From Myxococcales bacterium (GTDB lineage Bacteria; Myxococcota_A; Polyangia; Polyangiales; Polyangiaceae), in the NCBI GenBank assembly GCA_003154095.1, contig PMCK01000061.1, positions 1 through 59,663 on the forward strand: a stretch of DNA of 59,663 nt. Reading direction: 5' to 3'. The notes below the pieces were generated by a model. That model searched no databases, had not been told where the DNA came from, and worked only from the letters and a program-made list of their open reading frames with translations. Below are positions 54,487 through 59,663 of this stretch, piece after piece (the stretch's first letter is position 1; each line of letters begins with the position of its first letter). Position numbers and translations under genes: made by a program.

Positions 54487-55533
54487 TCAAAATTCAAGCA
54501 GCGAGGCGAATTCAAGTGCCAGTTGATCTGGATCGGGCACGTGCAAATAGGTTGACACGCAAGTGTCCACGGTATTGCCATGGCGCACACGGTATACCCT
54601 CACTCCCAGCTCACGGCGTAGCCCGACTTTCAGCTCACGTAGCACATCCAGTGACCCTGCTTCGGTGACGAAGAGGTAGCCGTCGTTTCGATTGTACAAG
54701 AATCGATCAAGGTCGAAGCGAAGCAGCGCCTTTCGTTTCACTTCTGCAGGAGCCTTACCCAAGCCATATAGCTGCCAGGTGAGTTCGGGGTAGCGGGTTA
54801 TCTCACGCTCTGCGACAATCTGCACGCAAGCCTTTAGGCGAGCGCGGATGAAATCGAGCATGGCGATGCCAGAAGGGCTTACCAGAACGAATGGCTGTGC
54901 GACGTCGGACGGCGTCAACGAGCGTACCGGAAGATCGAGCAAGGGGCGGAAAGAGGATCGCGGCACGACAACCTCGTCGAGCCAAAGGGACTGTTCGAGC
55001 TCGATGGAATTTAGATAGCGGCGGCGCCATTCGAGGCGGTCGAACCAGCGACGCAGGAGTGAATCCGCGCCGAGATGAGCCAGCCAGTTGTGCAGTGCAT
55101 CACCGGTTTTCACTTTGGATCGATCAAGATCCGTCGTATCGACCAGTCCGCCGAGGCGTCGAAAAAGGGGAATCACATGCTTGTGGTGCAATATCGCGCC
55201 CGCGTTCGCGGCGGCGACCAATGCGCGCAACCGGCGATCTTGATAGTCGAATCCCCAGGCCCAGACCATGCCGTCCTCGGTTTCCATTCTTATGCCAGGC
55301 AACGCCCATATCCCCCGTTCAAGCGCGCGTACAGTCAGGGCGGGTATGCGATCAACGCAGCAGAGATCGGTGATGCCAATCACAGAAAGTCCATCGCCTT
55401 GTGCACAGCGCGCAATATCCTCGGGGTCGACGTCGGAAAAGCCCCACTTGGCAGTGTAACCGAGATCCACCTTGGCCTCTGGAGAAATCGGCGAACGAAA
55501 TTCGCTCGCCCTCGCTTTGCGGCTACTCGTCAT
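54487..55533 (-). CDS. Degenerate PHP-like N-domain + C-terminal domain with NDK-like pattern (tentative)
   Basis: VDLGYTAKWGFSDVDPEDIARCAQGDGLSVIGITDLCCVD...IWALPGIRMETEDGMVWAWGF parallels the PHP pattern (DLH.H...SDG...pe......G...iaiTDH....G......vipG.E......H.l.), but the His ligands are replaced. C-terminal PFVLVSPSG...YLHVPDPDQLALEFASLL loosely parallels NDK (F.iiKP.. ...N..HgSDs.e.A.rEi). Confidence 0.45.
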   Translation of the reverse strand: MTSSRKARASEFRSPISPEAKVDLGYTAKWGFSDVDPEDIARCAQGDGLSVIGITDLCCVDRIPALTVRALERGIWALPGIRMETEDGMVWAWGFDYQDRRLRALVAAANAGAILHHKHVIPLFRRLGGLVDTTDLDRSKVKTGDALHNWLAHLGADSLLRRWFDRLEWRRRYLNSIELEQSLWLDEVVVPRSSFRPLLDLPVRSLTPSDVAQPFVLVSPSGIAMLDFIRARLKACVQIVAEREITRYPELTWQLYGLGKAPAEVKRKALLRFDLDRFLYNRNDGYLFVTEAGSLDVLRELKVGLRRELGVRVYRVRHGNTVDTCVSTYLHVPDPDQLALEFASLLEF

Positions 55534-56690
55534 GGGCGCAGGTTCCTTTCGACTGAAGTGCTCAGGCAGCGGTAAACATCAAAGCAATGCTTGAGGCAGA
55601 TACGGTCACAACGACGGTCGCTGCAGATGAAATCTTGCAAGGCAGATTCCTTCTCTTTGGGGGAGTCTTCATGACCATAAAGCCGGCGCCCACCCTCTCG
55701 CAATTGGATGATGCAAGGGTACACGCCGTCAGCTGCGAAGACTCGGTCGTCCACCGTGTGATAACAGAAGTGGGGCTTTTCAGAGCTAAGTCCATGCCCG
55801 CCGCGCTTCAGGTTATCGATACGGTAATGGAACATTCGAAAACTTTCGGGCACCCATTGCTTGCAGAGTTGAACGAATCGGGACTTTTCCGCCTCGTCTT
55901 CGAACAGGGGTCGAGCGGCTGTCGCATCTGGAAGCAATTTGAAGTCGTCCGGACGCAACCCAATGAGCTCTCGCAGCATTGAGCGAAGCATTCTGGCGTC
56001 GTCGTGGAGGAAGCGAATGACCTGGCTGCGACCGAGTACCGAATTTATCGTAACATGAACGTCACGACCCGAGTCGCGAGCGGTTACGAGCCCACGGATC
56101 GCATCGAGCACGCGTGGCAGCTGCCGCCGTGAGTTCGTGACCTGGTCGAAAGCGTCGGAATCGAAGCTGTCCAGTGAAATGTAGAAACGCTGCATTCCGG
56201 CTTGCACGAGCTGAATGCAGAACCCCGAACCCGCTACGGCATTTGTCGAGATTGATGCACCGAACTCCAACAATCGAGCTTGATGCGTGAGCGCTACTAA
56301 TGAAGGATAAGTGGAGGGCTCTCCGCCGGTAAAATGAATATGGTGCGTTCCGTCGTGGGATAGTTCATCAAGTAAGCGCTCGACCTCTGGCGAAGCAAAC
56401 GGCACGGCATCGCGGCCGCGACTCTGGCAATAGGTACAGCCCAGGTTACAGTGGCGCGTTAAGAAGAAGACCGCGCGAGCCGGACCACGCCAAAGCTCGA
56501 CTTGCCCGTTCAAACCGGCACGGATACGAATTGCCAGAGCCGACGCCCGCTTTTCATCGAGCAGGTAACCGGTTGCTGGCATCTGGCCGGCTCGACCATT
56601 CTCAATCAGTGGTTCGCGATAAATCGGTAACCGACGAATGGGGGAGCCAACGGATTGCTGCGACAGGTTCAGCATCGTCATGAGGTACAA
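55530..56690 (-). CDS. Radical SAM enzyme (MoaA/PqqE-like core) with Cys-rich C-terminal extension
   Basis: FFLTRHCNLGCTYCQS (CxxxCxxC), IHFTGGEPS, YISLDSFD, TINSV. C-terminal Cys cluster region CYHTV...YPCI...FICSDRRCDRICLKHCFDVYRC. The stop overlaps the downstream start (ATGA). Confidence 0.85.
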   Translation of the reverse strand: MYLMTMLNLSQQSVGSPIRRLPIYREPLIENGRAGQMPATGYLLDEKRASALAIRIRAGLNGQVELWRGPARAVFFLTRHCNLGCTYCQSRGRDAVPFASPEVERLLDELSHDGTHHIHFTGGEPSTYPSLVALTHQARLLEFGASISTNAVAGSGFCIQLVQAGMQRFYISLDSFDSDAFDQVTNSRRQLPRVLDAIRGLVTARDSGRDVHVTINSVLGRSQVIRFLHDDARMLRSMLRELIGLRPDDFKLLPDATAARPLFEDEAEKSRFVQLCKQWVPESFRMFHYRIDNLKRGGHGLSSEKPHFCYHTVDDRVFAADGVYPCIIQLREGGRRLYGHEDSPKEKESALQDFICSDRRCDRICLKHCFDVYRCLSTSVERNLRP

Positions 56691-56758
56691 AAGCAGGACG
56701 ATGCCGATCGATGATATCTGACAGCCTTGCGATCATTGCCAGCTGCGTGATTTCAGTC

Positions 56759-58462
56759 TCAGTACCAAACACGGTCCAGCGCAGCTTCCAGCTGCGAAAT
56801 CGGCGCTGTCATCAAGTCGGCATAGGCCGCCGTTGCGCCCGGATGCGATTGTGCGAGTTTGCCGCGCGCGTCGGCGATAGTTATTTCGGCCTCACTAAAA
56901 TGGGAAAGATCCCATTGCGCGAGGGCAAGTTCCAGCTTCACTAGATGCTCGAGCCAGGCCAATTGATCGGCACCTGCCGTGAGTCTAGGCTGGACTCGTT
57001 CGGCGAATGCAGTGGCCCGCTCAGGCGCGTCGACTCTGCGGCACGCTCGGCAGAGGGCACGCAACGTGCTTACTTCGGGATGGCTGTCCACAATAGCCTC
57101 ACAGAGCGCCAAGTCCTGCAACGAAGCTGGTGCCGATTGACCGCAAATTCGAGTGCGTCCATCCGCCCAATCTAACGCCTCACGATTTCGCCCCAGCAGC
57201 ACTAGTCCACGAACCATTGCCGACGCATTGTAACGCCATTGGTGAGCGTCGCCGGGCTGTGTCACTTCACATAGCCTCTCAACATACGTATCGAATCGCT
57301 CAGAATCTCCAAGCAAGGCCGAATCCAATGCAAGGTAGCAGTATGTTCCGGGCAGAACACGCCTCAGCCAATCTTCCGTCTGCTGCAATGGAATGTTTTC
57401 GGCACGCGCCTGCAACGCTTCGTCGAATCGCCCCGCCATCGCAAGCCCTTGGGCGAGCATTCCGCGGCACCGGACCTCATTTCTCAATATCAAGAATGGT
57501 CTTGTGACGCGTTCGCGAAGTGTGGCAATGGTTTCGTCAAGGGCATACTGGTCAAGCTGCGTGAGCCAGTACTCAAGTTCAAAACGCTCGGATGCTTCCG
57601 CGCCCACGATGCCTCGGGCACTTTCCAGGGCCAATATGCCTATTGTATGTGCGGCACGCGCCTCTTCAGTTCGACCCGCATGCCTTAGCCGCGTCCCCAG
57701 TTCTAACTCCAGCCGCGCCCGATCCGCCTCGGCCAACCCGTGACGCGAAACACTTTGCAACGCGGCTGCAGCCATATCATGGTCCATTTCGCGTCGACTC
57801 CGTTCGATAACTTCATCGAGCGCAATCAGCGCGGGATCGGGGTGCAGAGGCGCCTCTCCGAATAGAAATGTTAGCGCATCGGAGATGTGATTGATGCCCT
57901 GAAGCGAGCCTTCGCTTCGATTTCCTGGAATGAATATGACTCCGGGACCACCGCGTAGCTCGGCCAGTGCAATCTCGATTTTTGCTTCGAGGAACTCAAC
58001 AGACTCAACCCGCCCATCGTCCGCAAGGCAACCTGTAGCGAACACTGGAATCTTCAACTTCCGTGATTTGGGCAACAAGTACGCGACAAAAGCGATAGCT
58101 GCTGCAAGTTCAATCGAGTCGCCGACAAGGATGAATCGCGGATCGAGTTCAAAACGTAGAGACGGCGGGTTCCAAGGCTGCAACGCCTTCAGAGTTGCTT
58201 GCCAGGCCCGTCGAAACCCCCTTGTGACGTTCGAATCCTTCACTGCGAGTTCCCCGGGGATTGGCTCGAGTGGCCACGCCATGCCCATAGCCCCGGGAAG
58301 GACACCCAAAGCATACACCCTTGATTGCAGTTGGGAATGCCTCGCCCTCAAGCGCAGACTATTAGCAGCGGCGCCGCGCAGATCACCCAGCACGCGGCAA
58401 GCTGTAACACCTGCACCGGCGTCCACCAACCTCGTGGCCAACGCGAGTCGCTGCGATTTCAC
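56759..58462 (-). CDS. Lon-protease-like (S16) domain + C-terminal TPR-like helical repeats
   Basis: The GTG start overlaps the upstream stop (GTGA). FILVGDSIELAAAIAFVAYLL...IPVFATGCLADDGRVESVEFLEAKIEIALAE...VIFIPGN parallels the Lon proteolytic domain (G(P/D)SAG..a.al.S.l....vA.TGe....G.V..igG...K..aA...g...viiP..N). The remainder is helical/TPR-like. Confidence 0.6.
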   Translation of the reverse strand: MKSQRLALATRLVDAGAGVTACRVLGDLRGAAANSLRLRARHSQLQSRVYALGVLPGAMGMAWPLEPIPGELAVKDSNVTRGFRRAWQATLKALQPWNPPSLRFELDPRFILVGDSIELAAAIAFVAYLLPKSRKLKIPVFATGCLADDGRVESVEFLEAKIEIALAELRGGPGVIFIPGNRSEGSLQGINHISDALTFLFGEAPLHPDPALIALDEVIERSRREMDHDMAAAALQSVSRHGLAEADRARLELELGTRLRHAGRTEEARAAHTIGILALESARGIVGAEASERFELEYWLTQLDQYALDETIATLRERVTRPFLILRNEVRCRGMLAQGLAMAGRFDEALQARAENIPLQQTEDWLRRVLPGTYCYLALDSALLGDSERFDTYVERLCEVTQPGDAHQWRYNASAMVRGLVLLGRNREALDWADGRTRICGQSAPASLQDLALCEAIVDSHPEVSTLRALCRACRRVDAPERATAFAERVQPRLTAGADQLAWLEHLVKLELALAQWDLSHFSEAEITIADARGKLAQSHPGATAAYADLMTAPISQLEAALDRVWY

Positions 58463-59616
58463 CGTTTGGGACCAACAATCGCATGGGTCAGAATACCTGT
58501 AGCGAGGGGCAATTCGAGTTTCACATTCGTCGCGTCACGCCAATTGCCTTCAAGCCGAAACTCAAACCGTTCCTCGCAGTCTGGCACCGCGAGCCCGTCA
58601 ACCGAGATTCCGGCGATATACAACCGCGGCGCGGCACCCTCTTTACGATTAGCGAGTAGATCAACAATGAGCCGATCGGGCTGCTGCCAAGACAATTCAA
58701 ACTGCGACTCAGTCAGAAGCAGCTGTTCACCTGATTCGAAGCCAGCCACCATCGGCAATTCCAAAATGTCCTTATTCGCTTGGTGAGCGCGCTGGCGATT
58801 CAACCAGTCTTCGAGGCGGATTACCGTTTCGCGAGACTGGGCCAATCGCGGTGCGGCATCAACCAACCGCGTAAACAGCCTTTCTGCTTGTATAGCCTTG
58901 TCGAGCTCCGATCTGGCTGAAGGGAAACACTGTACCAAATGCGCGACAGTCGAGAGCGCTTGCAGAGCGTTTCTCGGAACGTCGACACCTTCGGACCACC
59001 ACCAAAGCTTCTTGCGCATTGACGGATCAACCCAAGCCAAGGCTGCTTCACGCTCGGCGTTCAACGGAATCAGACGCCAAAGGATAGGTCGTACCAGCAG
59101 TTCGAAGCCCTCGAGAGGCGCCGTCTGATCGTCACTGAGCTGCGGCGACTCTCCGAGCAGCGCACCGAGCCCGACCATCAGCAATTCAGCCCTTTCCCGG
59201 GCATTGAGAGCCTGCAGCACGCGACTGGAAACATCATTCTCGGCGATACCCGCATCATCATCGAGAGCCGCCGCTTCATCGGTGATGATCGTTGTGGCAT
59301 CGTCGAGCCAGTCGAAATTCGCGCGCGCAATAAATTGGCGAGCAATTGTCAGCAAATCCGGTCGAATAGCTATGATTTGCGGTAATTCATTGGATGCTCC
59401 GGCAAGGCACAGCTTGCCCGCTGCCAAAATGTACCGTTCATCAAGGGTGTCGTGTAAGTCGGTACCTGCAGCATCTGCCTTATTCTCCAGCGCAGCGGAA
59501 TTGACTGTATGCTCTACCATCGAGTTGGCAGGGGCGGGGCGGGATGTGGTTTGCATCAACATTGAGCGCGCGGTCTGGAGAGCCTGCTCACGAGGCGAAA
59601 GGGTAGACGAAGTCAT
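58459..59616 (-). CDS. Hypothetical protein (first gene of the minus-strand operon)
   Basis: 385-aa ORF. The ATG is preceded by AAAGGA. Translationally coupled to the Lon-like gene. No motif recognised. Confidence 0.6.
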   Translation of the reverse strand: MTSSTLSPREQALQTARSMLMQTTSRPAPANSMVEHTVNSAALENKADAAGTDLHDTLDERYILAAGKLCLAGASNELPQIIAIRPDLLTIARQFIARANFDWLDDATTIITDEAAALDDDAGIAENDVSSRVLQALNARERAELLMVGLGALLGESPQLSDDQTAPLEGFELLVRPILWRLIPLNAEREAALAWVDPSMRKKLWWWSEGVDVPRNALQALSTVAHLVQCFPSARSELDKAIQAERLFTRLVDAAPRLAQSRETVIRLEDWLNRQRAHQANKDILELPMVAGFESGEQLLLTESQFELSWQQPDRLIVDLLANRKEGAAPRLYIAGISVDGLAVPDCEERFEFRLEGNWRDATNVKLELPLATGILTHAIVGPKR

Positions 59617-59663
59617 CGGCGTGATCCTTTCGCCTTCACCGGGCCAGATTGTTTGATGTCGTC

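Noticed and set aside
1-59663. Search for tRNA, rRNA, transposase, integrase or att-like island borders
   Set aside because: None recognised. The intergenic stretches (3946-4798, 10950-11255, 13703-13918, 21716-22140, 22380-22576, 54191-54486) show no cloverleaf-like or rRNA-like sequence. No ORF has DDE, tyrosine or serine recombinase motifs, so the island borders are not in this window or are not marked.

Overview
GC-rich bacterial chromosomal segment. I recognised no rRNA, tRNA, CRISPR array, transposase or integrase. It reads as a dense conflict/defence island. All domain calls come from motif recognition by eye on the supplied translations; no database search was run, so family names are hypotheses to confirm. 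(1) 0-13.7 kb holds two STAND NTPases (NACHT-WD40 and DUF4062-NACHT-TPR), a large lipoprotein, and a SEC-C protein followed by a receptor-like TIR-TM-Kelch protein. (2) 13.9-21.3 kb is a decayed BREX locus: a brxA-like gene looks intact, while brxB, a brxC-like gene, pglX and pglZ survive only as fragments. It is interrupted by an ABC-three-component (ABC-3C) module whose ATPase has no Walker A, and by a lower-GC membrane protein. (3) 23.3-48.7 kb is a 13-gene, tightly packed plus-strand operon. It encodes a TIR/beta-propeller protein, an NHL propeller, a giant TPR protein and a private J-like/GrpE/Hsp70 set. It also encodes a pseudokinase-TPR, an 8-TM TPR protein, a vWA lipoprotein and a 1000-aa tubulin/FtsZ-like GTPase. 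The last two genes are a coiled-coil/retropepsin-like/TIR protein and a RelA-SpoT/SLOG/RyR protein. This operon is my top candidate for an undescribed system. (4) 48.7-59.6 kb holds an atypical Rhs/YD protein, a stand-alone small HD alarmone-hydrolase-like gene, and a 4-gene minus-strand operon (unknown protein, Lon-like S16 + TPR, radical SAM, degenerate PHP + NDK-like). That operon is the second candidate.
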